Of a DNA stretch of 42,673 nt, positions 29,213 to 38,401 are shown piece after piece; position 1 is the stretch's first letter, and every line of letters starts with the position of its first letter. The stretch lies in IMG/VR virus record IMGVR_UViG_3300032157_000024, positions 1 through 42,673 of that record. The stretch is one strand, 5' to 3'. Under the pieces are notes generated by a model. The model was given only the letters and a program-made list of their open reading frames with translations, searched no databases and was not told where the DNA came from. Position numbers and translations under genes: made by a program. The DNA is from a virus.

Positions 29213-29679
29213 GCGAGCGTGCCTCCGTTGCTCAAATATACGCCCTTTACCGCCGCGTAGTCCTCCGTCCTTTGGCCCGCCGTGCTTCCAGGCAGGCTTG
29301 CCCAGATCGGAGCGCATTTGGCTACCGCATCGCTTAGTCTCCCGCATTTCACGTCCTCCAAGGCTCGCTTCTCGGCTATCAGTGCGACCGCCGCTTCGTC
29401 CTGAGAGTCGGGCGAGAAGTTTGGAAAGGAATACTGCTTACAAAGCCCCTGCCACGTAGGCCAGATGATCTGGTAAGCCCCTGCCGCCGTGGAATAGACG
29501 TTGTAGCGCGGGATATGGACTTTCACGCGAGGATGCACGCTGTCGTCGGTGAATGACCCGCCGCCGACGATGCGGTAGTAGCCCGCTTCGTCACTGGTTC
29601 CCTCGCCTAGCCTGATAGCCTTGAGGAAGGCGCGCACGTTAGGATGCTCAATCGCGGCTTTTAGGTCAGCACGATTCAC
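29209..29679 (-). CDS. Endolysin, lambda R-type lytic transglycosylase (GH104)
   Basis: 156 aa, GTG start. Close by eye to lambda R: FLKAIRLGEGTS..., IVGGGSFTDDSVHPR, AAGAYQII, FSPDSQDEAAVALI and CAPIWASLPGSTAGQ. Confidence 0.85.
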   Translation of the reverse strand: MNRADLKAAIEHPNVRAFLKAIRLGEGTSDEAGYYRIVGGGSFTDDSVHPRVKVHIPRYNVYSTAAGAYQIIWPTWQGLCKQYSFPNFSPDSQDEAAVALIAEKRALEDVKCGRLSDAVAKCAPIWASLPGSTAGQRTEDYAAVKGVYLSNGGTLA

Positions 29680-29692
29680 GCTATACTGACCT
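29663..29692 (+). promoter_or_regulatory. -10 element TATACT overlapped by the inverted repeat AGGTCAG(N16)CTGACCT, upstream of the opposite-strand moron
   Basis: TATACT lies at 29682-29687. The inverted-repeat arms lie at 29663-29669 and 29686-29692. The AAAGGAG RBS follows. Confidence 0.45.
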
Positions 29693-29728
29693 TGCCCAAT
29701 ATCGGGCTTGTCTCAAAAGGAGACTTAG

Positions 29729-29968
29729 ATGGAAACCATCCAAAGCACTTCCGCTGAACGGACCTCCGACGCAGTATCTGGAAACGTGATGCGGCATAAG
29801 TATCGAGTTCTGACGGACGCTGAGAAGGTGCATATGCAGACCGTAAAAGACAAAGGTCTGGATTTCTTTGCCTACGTTGATTCTGTCGGTTCAAGCCGCG
29901 AGCTTTCATTGGCAAAGACAAAGATAGAAGAAGCGGTAATGTGGGCAGTTAAGCACATCACCGGATAA
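29729..29968 (+). CDS. Small helical protein (79 aa) encoded opposite to the surrounding late block; moron and candidate anti-defence protein
   Basis: Strong RBS (aaaggagacttagATG). ...HKYRVLTDAEKVHMQTVKDKGLDFFAYVDSVGSSRELSLAKTKIEEAVMWAVKHITG. Confidence 0.7.
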   Translation: METIQSTSAERTSDAVSGNVMRHKYRVLTDAEKVHMQTVKDKGLDFFAYVDSVGSSRELSLAKTKIEEAVMWAVKHITG

Positions 29969-30157
29969 CTGGTCGGACGAGATGCAATCGTTAACTGCAT
30001 TGGCGGCTGGAGAAAATTAGAGCCAGCGTTTGCCGGTAACGAACAACCGGCATAGTTGTTCACTTTAACGCCTCCCTCACGCACGTTCTCGGATGGCTCC
30101 TAGCCCATGCCGCGCTGACGAATCGTCCAGTGATGGCGCTGCGGTAGCGGTAGCGTT

Positions 30158-30589
30158 TCATGTCGGCTTCTCCAGCTTGGTAGTGCGCTCGGCATCCGTC
30201 CACGCCTTGCGCTCGGACTTGTTCACCAGCGCGTCAATCGCAAAGCCGGTGGTAAAGCCCATGTTCAGCACCACGCCCCATCCTGCTCCGTCCAGCACAG
30301 GGGATAGCACCGTTGCCACGCAATAGCCGAAGTAGGTCGCAAGGGCGAGCAGCGTGCGCTTCGGATACTGTTTTGTCACGTACTCGATGAGCGAGCCCGT
30401 AATCTCATCGCGCAGCCACTTGTAGAGATAGTTCGCCGCAGCGCCGCACAGTCCAGCGCCAAGCAGCACGAGGAACTGCACCAGTTCCCGCGAGTGCAGG
30501 ATCGCCCGCACGTACTCCCCGAATGAGCCACGGTCGTTGATCGCCGTCTGCACGAGTTCCACGCCACCGGCTAGGGCTGATGCGATCAT
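30158..30589 (-). CDS. Membrane protein (143 aa, about 3 TM helices), holin-like
   Basis: The ATGA overlap defines the start at 30589. Hydrophobic segments: LVQFLVLLGAGLCGAAANYL, LLALATYFGYCVATVLSPVL and GWGVVLNMGFTTGFAI. Confidence 0.5.
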   Translation of the reverse strand: MIASALAGGVELVQTAINDRGSFGEYVRAILHSRELVQFLVLLGAGLCGAAANYLYKWLRDEITGSLIEYVTKQYPKRTLLALATYFGYCVATVLSPVLDGAGWGVVLNMGFTTGFAIDALVNKSERKAWTDAERTTKLEKPT

Positions 30590-30855
30590 AACCGCGCCTT
30601 GATCGACTCCGCGCAGGCGATGATGCGCGCCAAAGCTATCGCCCCTATCGCGCCAGTTCCGAAGATGTGCGGACGCACCAAATCGCCCACGTTCGCCATA
30701 TACCAGAATCGCGCCCCAAGCATCCAGAACCCGAACGCTGCCAGCCATGCGGCGATGCGAAATGGCCTTGATCCTCTATTGACTCGGATAAGCTCAAGAG
30801 CGCCAGCAATGAAAAGAACCGATCCGCACAGGTAAGCGATTTCGACGGAGATCAT
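30586..30855 (-). CDS. Membrane protein (89 aa, about 3 TM helices), holin-like
   Basis: The ATGA overlap defines the start at 30855. Sequence: MISVEIAYLCGSVLFIAGALELI...AAWLAAFGFWMLGARFWYM...GAIGAIALARIIA. Confidence 0.5.
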   Translation of the reverse strand: MISVEIAYLCGSVLFIAGALELIRVNRGSRPFRIAAWLAAFGFWMLGARFWYMANVGDLVRPHIFGTGAIGAIALARIIACAESIKARL

Positions 30856-31130
30856 TTCCTGAACCCCTGCGCGATGGCCTTGAATTCCGAGAGCGCACCA
30901 TTCCACGCCATGACAGCAAGCGCGACCACGGCAGCGATAATCAGCCCGGTAAGAGACTTCTCGATCACCGCATCGCGCAGCTTCTTACGCGCAATCTCGC
31001 GCTCTAGGAGCAGAGTGAGCAGAGGCTTGTAGGTTTCGTTGAATGCCACCAGCGCGTCCAGTTTCAGGTCAACGTCAGACTTCCAGCGTGCCTCTATTCG
31101 TCGTATTTCGTCTGGAGTGATGTCCTTCAT
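30852..31130 (-). CDS. Membrane-anchored protein (92 aa, C-terminal TM helix)
   Basis: ATGA-coupled to the upstream 705-aa gene. Contains the hydrophobic segment LTGLIIAAVVALAVMAW. Confidence 0.5.
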   Translation of the reverse strand: MKDITPDEIRRIEARWKSDVDLKLDALVAFNETYKPLLTLLLEREIARKKLRDAVIEKSLTGLIIAAVVALAVMAWNGALSEFKAIAQGFRK

Positions 31131-33244
31131 TCTGGAACCATCTTGTCTTTAGACCATTGATATCCAGAGGACACAGACCTAGACGCGGCAGAAGCAGCCC
31201 ATCCACCAGTAGCTTGCAGGAGTACGCGCTTGAGCATCCCAAGTTGCTCTGCCTCTGGAATCTTCATTTCGCGTATCTTGTTAAGTTTGTCGGCTATGAA
31301 GTCAAGCTCAGCCCTATTGGTGATGCTAAGGTTTTCCATCGCTGGCCTGATACTGCGCTCGAATAGGTCAATGGTTCCTTTGGACGTGGCTTGATCCGCA
31401 AGCACCTGCCTGACCGCGCTTACCGTCTGCTGCTTTGCTTGAGGCGATGCTGCTATGGCAGGAGCAGACTTGGCCCAAAGCTCTGCATTTCCTGACTTGA
31501 TAAGGTCTACGGCTCGTTGTGCAGGGAAGTGTTTTCCAACAAGCATTTCCGCGCTGTCTGCCGCCTGTTTTGCAAACTCTGCAGCGTTGCGCATGGAAAC
31601 TTCAGCCGCCTCTAGCTTACCAGCGTAGGAGTTGACCATCCTCTGCACGGTAGGAAGTTCTCGCATCATTTCCGAGTTCTTGCTCATCCATGCGCGAACC
31701 TGTGGGCCGCTGGCATCCTTCAGTTCGCGGTTGACGAACTCCATAGCGGAACGGTTAATCTGAGTCTCGTTTCCGACCAGTTCTCGCAGCGCCTTGATGC
31801 CAGCAGAGGTCTTGAAATACTTGCTAGGCAGCGTGGATGCGTCTGTTGCGAACTCGTCAGGATTGAACTTGTCCAGAGCAGTAGCCTGCCTGCCCGTCTT
31901 GGACATGAACGGCTGCAAGCCTTCGGTACGCATGGCATAGTCGTGGAGCAGTTTTTCTTGTGGCGCTCCGGCAAACTTCTTTTGAATTTCGCTGACCTTG
32001 CCGTACAAGTCTTTTGCCATAGCTTCGCCAATGGCTTCATACCCTTCCGCTGGCTTACCACGGAAGGCTTCGCCTAGCTTACGGCGAACGTCATCGAGAG
32101 CCTGAAACGTCATCGGCCCTCGTTGGCTTGGCTGTTGAACCAAGTCAAGGTTCAGCCCGCTCTGAACAAGCCTCTTTCCCCCAGGTATGTTGGAATACGA
32201 TTCTATGTCGGAAAGTATCTTCTTGATCCCTGTCTGCACAGACTCTGATCTCTTGCCGGGAGCCAGTTCAGCCTTGAGGCTATCAACCAGAGCGTTGTAT
32301 TCCGGCGTGTTATTCACGAACTGTCCAGCAGCCTCGCGCTTGCTTACCAAATCCTTTACCGCATTCTCGTTGGCGGCGTATTCGGCTTGGCGTGCATTGA
32401 TAGCAGCCTCATTGCGCTTGGTGATGACTCCGCGCAGTTCGCCGCCGATGTCGGATAACTCACGGTCAGCCATCGGCGTAGGGCTTCCAACAGCAACGCG
32501 CTGAGACTCTGCTCTGGCTGTGTTGGCCGCTGCGCTACGTCCCATCCTGTTAGCCTCATCGCCCATGCCAGCGCCAATCGCTTCAAGGTCGGCATTGGAC
32601 TTAGGCCCACCGCGCAACTGTCCAAGCTGTTCATCCAGATAAGCCTGCTGCTGCGCTGATAGCTTGACCTCCTTGCCAGTGGCCTCGCGCAAGTAGTTCA
32701 TCAACGCTGGCATACCCATCTTGTTCCGAATCGCGTATGAAGCAACGTGACCCATTTCTGGCCCCACGCCACCGCCGACGAACCTCGCTAGTTCAGCGCC
32801 CCACTGAGGGCCACCAGCAAGCTCCACGGCTTGCCCTGCTGTCTCCCCTACCGCGCCGCTGATAGCCCCTGCGCTAGCAGCAGTGCCGCGCTGCGTTTGC
32901 AGCAATCGTCCCGCGTTCTCAAGGTACGGGGCTAGGCGGTTGGTCTGCGGAAACATTGCCGCACTGCGACCAAGTTTCTCAAGAATGTCGCCGCTTAAAT
33001 AACCAAGAGCGCCACCTATGCCAGCAGCACCGCCAATCTCCCCTAACTGCGTGCCGAAGCTATTGCGCTGGCGACCAGCCAGTTCACCTTGGCGCTGGAC
33101 ATTAGGATTGCCCACAGCAGCACCGCCGCCAGTCGATCCGAACTGACGCTTTGCGTAGTCAAGAGCCTGTTCCTGCGTAGCGCCTTCAGGGGCTGTGACG
33201 ACGAACTCTTTACCACTAGGATCGGTGACGACGTATTCAGTCAT
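31127..33244 (-). CDS. Large internal virion / ejection-type protein (705 aa)
   Basis: It occupies the position of the P22 gp7/gp20/gp16-type genes at the end of the structural block. Mostly helical and Ala/Gly/Gln-rich, with no enzymatic motif seen. Confidence 0.5.
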   Translation of the reverse strand: MTEYVVTDPSGKEFVVTAPEGATQEQALDYAKRQFGSTGGGAAVGNPNVQRQGELAGRQRNSFGTQLGEIGGAAGIGGALGYLSGDILEKLGRSAAMFPQTNRLAPYLENAGRLLQTQRGTAASAGAISGAVGETAGQAVELAGGPQWGAELARFVGGGVGPEMGHVASYAIRNKMGMPALMNYLREATGKEVKLSAQQQAYLDEQLGQLRGGPKSNADLEAIGAGMGDEANRMGRSAAANTARAESQRVAVGSPTPMADRELSDIGGELRGVITKRNEAAINARQAEYAANENAVKDLVSKREAAGQFVNNTPEYNALVDSLKAELAPGKRSESVQTGIKKILSDIESYSNIPGGKRLVQSGLNLDLVQQPSQRGPMTFQALDDVRRKLGEAFRGKPAEGYEAIGEAMAKDLYGKVSEIQKKFAGAPQEKLLHDYAMRTEGLQPFMSKTGRQATALDKFNPDEFATDASTLPSKYFKTSAGIKALRELVGNETQINRSAMEFVNRELKDASGPQVRAWMSKNSEMMRELPTVQRMVNSYAGKLEAAEVSMRNAAEFAKQAADSAEMLVGKHFPAQRAVDLIKSGNAELWAKSAPAIAASPQAKQQTVSAVRQVLADQATSKGTIDLFERSIRPAMENLSITNRAELDFIADKLNKIREMKIPEAEQLGMLKRVLLQATGGWAASAASRSVSSGYQWSKDKMVPE

Positions 33245-34866
33245 TAGCGCGGTCTAATTGACCAACCTCCTGAAGCTCCGCCCCCAAGCATTTCTTGGCG
33301 CATATCCTCGCGCACAGTTCTTGGAGCGCGTTTGGCAATCTCAAGTTCTCTTCCTAGAATCTTAAGAACAGCGTCAACTTGAGCAGGAGAATCTATGCTC
33401 CTGACAAGTTCCCTGGCGTGTTCCTTGTCTGAAATGGTCGGAACGCCAGTCGGGTTGATGGCTCTGGCATAGACGTTTACGAATGAGTTGATGGCCGCGC
33501 CAAACTCCCTTACTTCTGGTGAGCCAGTATTCGTATCGTATGCTTTAAGCGCCCAGTTCCAAGGGACGAAATTGGTGCGCTTGAAATTGTCTGAAGTCTC
33601 TTTAACAATGTCCATCATTTCCTTTGCTTCAGACGCTGCCATTGCGATCTGAGCGCCCCTGGTTCCAACAGAACGCTGTCCAGCTTTCAAGCCTTGGAAT
33701 TCGGCAACCTTGTTGGCAACCATATCCCCGTCCATCTTCCTTTCGTTCGCCAAGTCCCAAACAGCGTTAGTAATGGCAACCTTATTCGCAGCACTACGGG
33801 CGAATCCTTGTGCTGCCGTGTTATCGCCCGCCAATACCTGTTCCGCAACACCGCGCAAGGCTTGTGGGGAAAGAACAGCCGCCCCTGCGTTGGAAGTGCG
33901 CGTTTGCTGCAATACCCATGCGTCCTGATATTTCTTAGGCATACGCGCAACTTCAGGTGGCATTTGCGGCACAGCCACCTGAGCAGGACTGGCAGCAGGA
34001 GACTGGTAGCTAGGCATCCCGCCACGGTCGAATTCGCCCATTGGCGCAGCGTCCATAGCCGTGCCCATGACTGGCCCCCTAGAGCGAGCGCCCAAGTCCC
34101 TGGCGTCTAGGTTATTGGGCGCGGCAGGCGTGTATTGGGTCGAAAGGTCGCTCAGGACGCCTCCAGACGGCCCTGCGGGCGCAGGTTGGGGCTGCGAAAG
34201 CACGCCGGAGCCTCCCTGAAGGCTCCTAGCCATTGCTAGAGCAGAGGCGTTATCCGGCGAGGATGTTTGTATCCCGCCGACATTAATACCTACTGGACCA
34301 TTGGCAGGGAACATTCCCGCAGGCTCTGGCGCTGCTTGCTGCGGTGCAGTAGCTCCGCTAGGGGTTAATCCTGTATCGTAGAGAAGCCTAGCGCCAGTGA
34401 TCTTCTGCGCCTCGCGTTGCAGGGCTTCCATTTGCCCATTGTGGCGGGCAATCTCACGCGCCCTGTCCTCCTGATTTGTCAGGCCACGAAGTTTAGCCTC
34501 ATGGCTTAGGACGAACTGCTGTGCAAGCTGCCCTAGCCTCGCCTTCGCCTGCTCCTGAGTAGCCTGAATAGCCAACCTCTTGTCCTGCGAGCCTGTAATT
34601 ACCTTGAGCAGATCGTCTGCCCCTGCATACGGCATCGCAGCCCTGAGAACCTGCTCATGGGTCGCATCCTGCCCTAACTGCCCAAGAGCATTGCGAAGGC
34701 CAGCGTCCCTCTGCAAAACCTGCTGCCGCTGCGCAAGCTGGCTCAGCACGCCAAGCTGCTGCAACTGTCCCATCTGCTGCTGCTGGTTGAACTGGTTCTG
34801 CGCGTTGTAGCCGCCGAGTCCTGGGATTGACGCAAGCACGCCTTCCAAGCTTCCGTAGTTAGCCAT
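33244..34866 (-). CDS. Internal virion / ejection-type protein (540 aa, Gln-rich N-terminus)
   Basis: Assigned on position and composition (QFNQQQQMGQLQQLGVLSQLAQRQQ...). Confidence 0.45.
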   Translation of the reverse strand: MANYGSLEGVLASIPGLGGYNAQNQFNQQQQMGQLQQLGVLSQLAQRQQVLQRDAGLRNALGQLGQDATHEQVLRAAMPYAGADDLLKVITGSQDKRLAIQATQEQAKARLGQLAQQFVLSHEAKLRGLTNQEDRAREIARHNGQMEALQREAQKITGARLLYDTGLTPSGATAPQQAAPEPAGMFPANGPVGINVGGIQTSSPDNASALAMARSLQGGSGVLSQPQPAPAGPSGGVLSDLSTQYTPAAPNNLDARDLGARSRGPVMGTAMDAAPMGEFDRGGMPSYQSPAASPAQVAVPQMPPEVARMPKKYQDAWVLQQTRTSNAGAAVLSPQALRGVAEQVLAGDNTAAQGFARSAANKVAITNAVWDLANERKMDGDMVANKVAEFQGLKAGQRSVGTRGAQIAMAASEAKEMMDIVKETSDNFKRTNFVPWNWALKAYDTNTGSPEVREFGAAINSFVNVYARAINPTGVPTISDKEHARELVRSIDSPAQVDAVLKILGRELEIAKRAPRTVREDMRQEMLGGGASGGWSIRPR

Positions 34867-36206
34867 TATGGGAGTCCCGGCGCACCAAGCGCCTTCATCA
34901 AGTCAGATAGCGATGGTGTTGGATTGGTCAGGTTCGCAAGCCCTGAGCCGAGCGCGTTGTAGATGTTGTTGTTCGAGCCGATAGCCGCAGTCTGCAATCC
35001 AGGCGCGGCTGCGTTGAACTGAGACAGCCCGCCGAAATTAGCCAACTGGTTCTCTCGGTTCGCAAGCTGGCTGTAGAGTCCGTTCGTCGCATATGACTGC
35101 AGTTCTTGGAGCGCACGCCCGCTGCCAGCAGGATTTCCCTGCACGCTCAAGGAACGTGCAAGCGCGTCCGTGCCCATCTGCACCGGAACCTGCGCACGGT
35201 CGGAACTGAGGAAGCTCGAAGGATTCTTAGTCAGGTTGAGCAGTTCCGCCCTGTACGGTGCGCCAAAGCCAGCGTACTGCTGCGCGAGCTTCTCAAGCGA
35301 GTTCGCCTGCTGGTTCGCGCCGTACACCCCTAGCGCGGTCGAGCCGAGCGTGCCGAGCGTCCTGAGCAGCGTTGCAGGACTCGTCCCAAGCTGGCTTGCG
35401 AGTGAGGAAAGCAGGCTTCCGCCTCCTGCGCTGATACCAGCACCGCCAACAAGCTCTGCAAACGCAGGATTGGTCGTCCAAGCGCCTGCGGCTTGCCCTA
35501 CGTCTGCCGCAGTGAGGCCAAGAGGCGTCCACCAGTCGCCAGCAGAGGCTAACTGTCCAGCGAGCGGCGGGAGGCTTCCGGCAGCAGCACCAGCGCCACC
35601 GCCTAACAGTTCTCCAAGGAAGCCCGCCTCATCTACGCCACCAGCAAGCGCATTAACGCCCCACGGAACGTCAGCCAGAGCACCAAGGCCACCTGCACCA
35701 GTGCCAGTAAGACCTTGCAATCCGCTCGATAGCGCGTTGCCGAAGAATTCAGGAAGCCCTGAAAACGCTCCACCCAATCCAGCCAAGCCGAATCCAGACA
35801 AGGACAATCCAGCACCTACAGCACTGTCAATCTTGTCGAAGAAATCAGGCTTAAGACGCTTGTTCTCGTAATACTGCACATACGGATTACCGTCCGGCCC
35901 ATTCACGATGGACGGAAACTCGTTCATCCTCGCAGTCACCCAATCCGGCTTTTTGTCACCGAACCAATTGTTGAACATGTTGTTGCGCTGCGTATCCTGC
36001 GCGGTGAAGTAGTTCTGGTATTGCTCCGGCGTGACGCCAGCGAACATCGCGCCGTAGTCTTTCGGCCCGATCATCAGGTTGTTCTTCTGGTACTCGGCAA
36101 CGCTAGGGAAATACTTGGCGAGTTCGTCGCCCTCCATGCGCCCGAACCACTGCTGCGGTGCCTCGTAGAACGGCCCGATGGAATACTTGGAAATGTTGTC
36201 AGCCAT
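34866..36206 (-). CDS. Internal virion / ejection-type protein (446 aa, Gly/Ala/Leu-rich central region)
   Basis: Assigned on position and composition (GLSLSGFGLAGLGGAFSGL...). Confidence 0.45.
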   Translation of the reverse strand: MADNISKYSIGPFYEAPQQWFGRMEGDELAKYFPSVAEYQKNNLMIGPKDYGAMFAGVTPEQYQNYFTAQDTQRNNMFNNWFGDKKPDWVTARMNEFPSIVNGPDGNPYVQYYENKRLKPDFFDKIDSAVGAGLSLSGFGLAGLGGAFSGLPEFFGNALSSGLQGLTGTGAGGLGALADVPWGVNALAGGVDEAGFLGELLGGGAGAAAGSLPPLAGQLASAGDWWTPLGLTAADVGQAAGAWTTNPAFAELVGGAGISAGGGSLLSSLASQLGTSPATLLRTLGTLGSTALGVYGANQQANSLEKLAQQYAGFGAPYRAELLNLTKNPSSFLSSDRAQVPVQMGTDALARSLSVQGNPAGSGRALQELQSYATNGLYSQLANRENQLANFGGLSQFNAAAPGLQTAAIGSNNNIYNALGSGLANLTNPTPSLSDLMKALGAPGLP

Positions 36207-36208
36207 TG

Positions 36209-36613
36209 TTAAACCTCATACCAGCCTGCGAGATTGAATACGTTTGCCGAAGCCACCTGCGCAGGCAGGTAGCAGCGCGATGTTGCTACGTCAATGTGGC
36301 ACACGCCTACGGCCACGTTAGTCGTATCGTTCGTCATCGTTGCGTTCCCTGAGAGCGAGCCTGCATTAGCCGTGGAAGGAAGCGTAAGGTAGTCCGTGCC
36401 TGCGACCGATGCGATGCTCGTGCCAGCCGAGAACTTGACCTGGAAGAAGCACTGCCTGCCGACGATGCGCAGCCTGCCGAAGTAGGCAGGCGTGCCGACG
36501 ATGGTGAGCGCACCGAAGGTAGGATCGAACGCGACCCACTTATCCATGCCCTGGAGGTCTCGCCACGCAAAACTCCTGCGGTCGATAATGAGGTTGTCAA
36601 GGTCATTCGCCAT
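36209..36613 (-). CDS. Hypothetical structural protein (134 aa)
   Basis: ORF tightly packed within the tail block. Confidence 0.5.
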   Translation of the reverse strand: MANDLDNLIIDRRSFAWRDLQGMDKWVAFDPTFGALTIVGTPAYFGRLRIVGRQCFFQVKFSAGTSIASVAGTDYLTLPSTANAGSLSGNATMTNDTTNVAVGVCHIDVATSRCYLPAQVASANVFNLAGWYEV

Positions 36614-36616
36614 GCC

Positions 36617-38401
36617 TCACGAAGTCCCCTTCTGCACTTCAATCTCAAGGGCTTCTGCTCGGAAAGCCGATGCTGCCGTATGAGATAGCCTGTAGGCGCG
36701 GCCTCCGCGATGGCTACCGCACCTTGTTATCGTCATCCCCTCGAAACTGGTCAGGTCGAATGTGCCGAGCGTGTACCAAGACTGGTAATCGTCGTCCGAC
36801 GCTTCCAGTGTCGCCGTACCAGTTGTCTGAATGTCGGCAACCAGCCTGATTTGCGGGATGAACTTCCGGTCGCTCGTGCCGTGGTCAATGCGAGAAGTCC
36901 TGATCTGGCAGGTGTAGCTAGTACCGTTGTCGGTGTAGACGTTGCCATCGGCAGATGGGTCAATGCGGTAGACGTTGCCGCTCGTATCGAAGCGACTGGT
37001 CATGTAGATTTTGTTGTTGCTGCCTGCGCCTTGGCCGATGACGAACGTGGCGAGTTCGCAATCCCACTCGCTCCATACCTTCAAGGTATCGTTGTAGACA
37101 AGCTGCCTGATGAACGATGCGACAGAGGCAGGGTCGCCTTCGAGCAGCAACTTGTCTCCGCTCTCAAGAAGCAGGTAATCCCCGCTCTCCAGCAGCAGTT
37201 TGTCTCCAGCGCCTTCCGTTGCGCTTGAGAATGTCGCCATGAAGTACGGATAGCCGCCTACGTGGAAGGCTGACGTGTAGGTAGTCCCGCCAGAGGAAAC
37301 GGCGGTGCCCATGATCTTGTCCACGGTCGGCGTGCTGATGTTCACCGGAGCGTAGTCCCTCATCTTCATCGCGTGTACGTCGCCAGCGTTGCTAGAGGAA
37401 ATGAAGTAAATATCGTCCTCAAGCTCGCTAACCGAGGACTGCCCCTGCACGCCGATCTTGTGAAATGTCTGCGGCAGGCGCTCAAGCACCGAGCCAGTGG
37501 CGTAGCCTGCGTTCTGAAAGCCTTGGGTAGAGCCAGTGCCAAAGGCAAGAACCACGTTCTTAGACCTTGACATCGCAGCGATAAGGTCAGGAGACATATC
37601 CGCAGCCTTGAATGCGGTAGCCGAGTACGAAGTGACGCTATTCAGGTCGCTATTCCAGATATTCCCGCCAGAGCCGTAGAACAGGTATCCGTCCATTTCC
37701 ACGAACCCTGTTACGTAGGTTCCTGTGGTCACGAAGTCAGCATCAATGATCTTCGCAATCGGTTCCTTGGTCGTGGCAAGGTCGTTGAACGCGCCGCCAG
37801 TGGTAGCTGTGTCCAGAACGGCTGAGAAAGCGCCAGAATTGATGCTCACGATGCGCGAGCCTGCGACGATGTTGGTAGCGGCAGTCAACTTCTGGCCGAC
37901 ATACAAGCCAGATACGCTATTCACCCCTGATACCTTGATGTCGGTGATGGTGGTCGAATTGTTCCCGTCGCAGGTGTATGCGGTGATGTCCTTCGCACCG
38001 TTCGGGTAGTACCAGCCTGTGCCATCGGATGACTTGATAAGCACCATGCTTACGCCGCTGATGATCGTTTCCCCGAAAGAAACTGCGCGGCCAGTGATAA
38101 CCCCTACAGACGTAGTGCCGAAGTAGATGGTGGAATTAGTGTTGCCGAACGCGCTGATCGTAGCGTTGAACGATTGCGGCCTGGATAGCCCTGTGGATGC
38201 GCTTCCGCTCGCAGGTTGTGAGTCAAGCACCACGCCGGGGCGCTTCTCTACATATGCCGTAGCCTTGCCAGTGATCGGATTGTTGACCACGGAGAACGCG
38301 CAGTTGAGGAACCGCTGATCCTCTGGCACATCTAGCGCAGCCGTGCCATCAACGCCGCGCTGGTTGAAACTGCCGACCAATGGGATGCGAACGGTGGGCA
38401 T
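36617..38401 (-). CDS. Tail protein (594 aa, probable beta-propeller / tail-tube B or stabilisation-type)
   Basis: Start at 38401 (TAATG junction): MPTVRIPLVGSFNQRG... The track ORF's upstream 65 aa overlap the previous gene. It contains the tandem repeat GDKLLLES-GDYLLLES-GDKLLLEG. Confidence 0.55.
   Translation of the reverse strand: MPTVRIPLVGSFNQRGVDGTAALDVPEDQRFLNCAFSVVNNPITGKATAYVEKRPGVVLDSQPASGSASTGLSRPQSFNATISAFGNTNSTIYFGTTSVGVITGRAVSFGETIISGVSMVLIKSSDGTGWYYPNGAKDITAYTCDGNNSTTITDIKVSGVNSVSGLYVGQKLTAATNIVAGSRIVSINSGAFSAVLDTATTGGAFNDLATTKEPIAKIIDADFVTTGTYVTGFVEMDGYLFYGSGGNIWNSDLNSVTSYSATAFKAADMSPDLIAAMSRSKNVVLAFGTGSTQGFQNAGYATGSVLERLPQTFHKIGVQGQSSVSELEDDIYFISSSNAGDVHAMKMRDYAPVNISTPTVDKIMGTAVSSGGTTYTSAFHVGGYPYFMATFSSATEGAGDKLLLESGDYLLLESGDKLLLEGDPASVASFIRQLVYNDTLKVWSEWDCELATFVIGQGAGSNNKIYMTSRFDTSGNVYRIDPSADGNVYTDNGTSYTCQIRTSRIDHGTSDRKFIPQIRLVADIQTTGTATLEASDDDYQSWYTLGTFDLTSFEGMTITRCGSHRGGRAYRLSHTAASAFRAEALEIEVQKGTS

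Noticed and set aside
35170-35871. 233-aa Pro/Ala/Ser-rich plus-strand ORF
   Set aside because: It is antisense to the Gly/Ala-rich ejection-type protein gene and is a compositional shadow.
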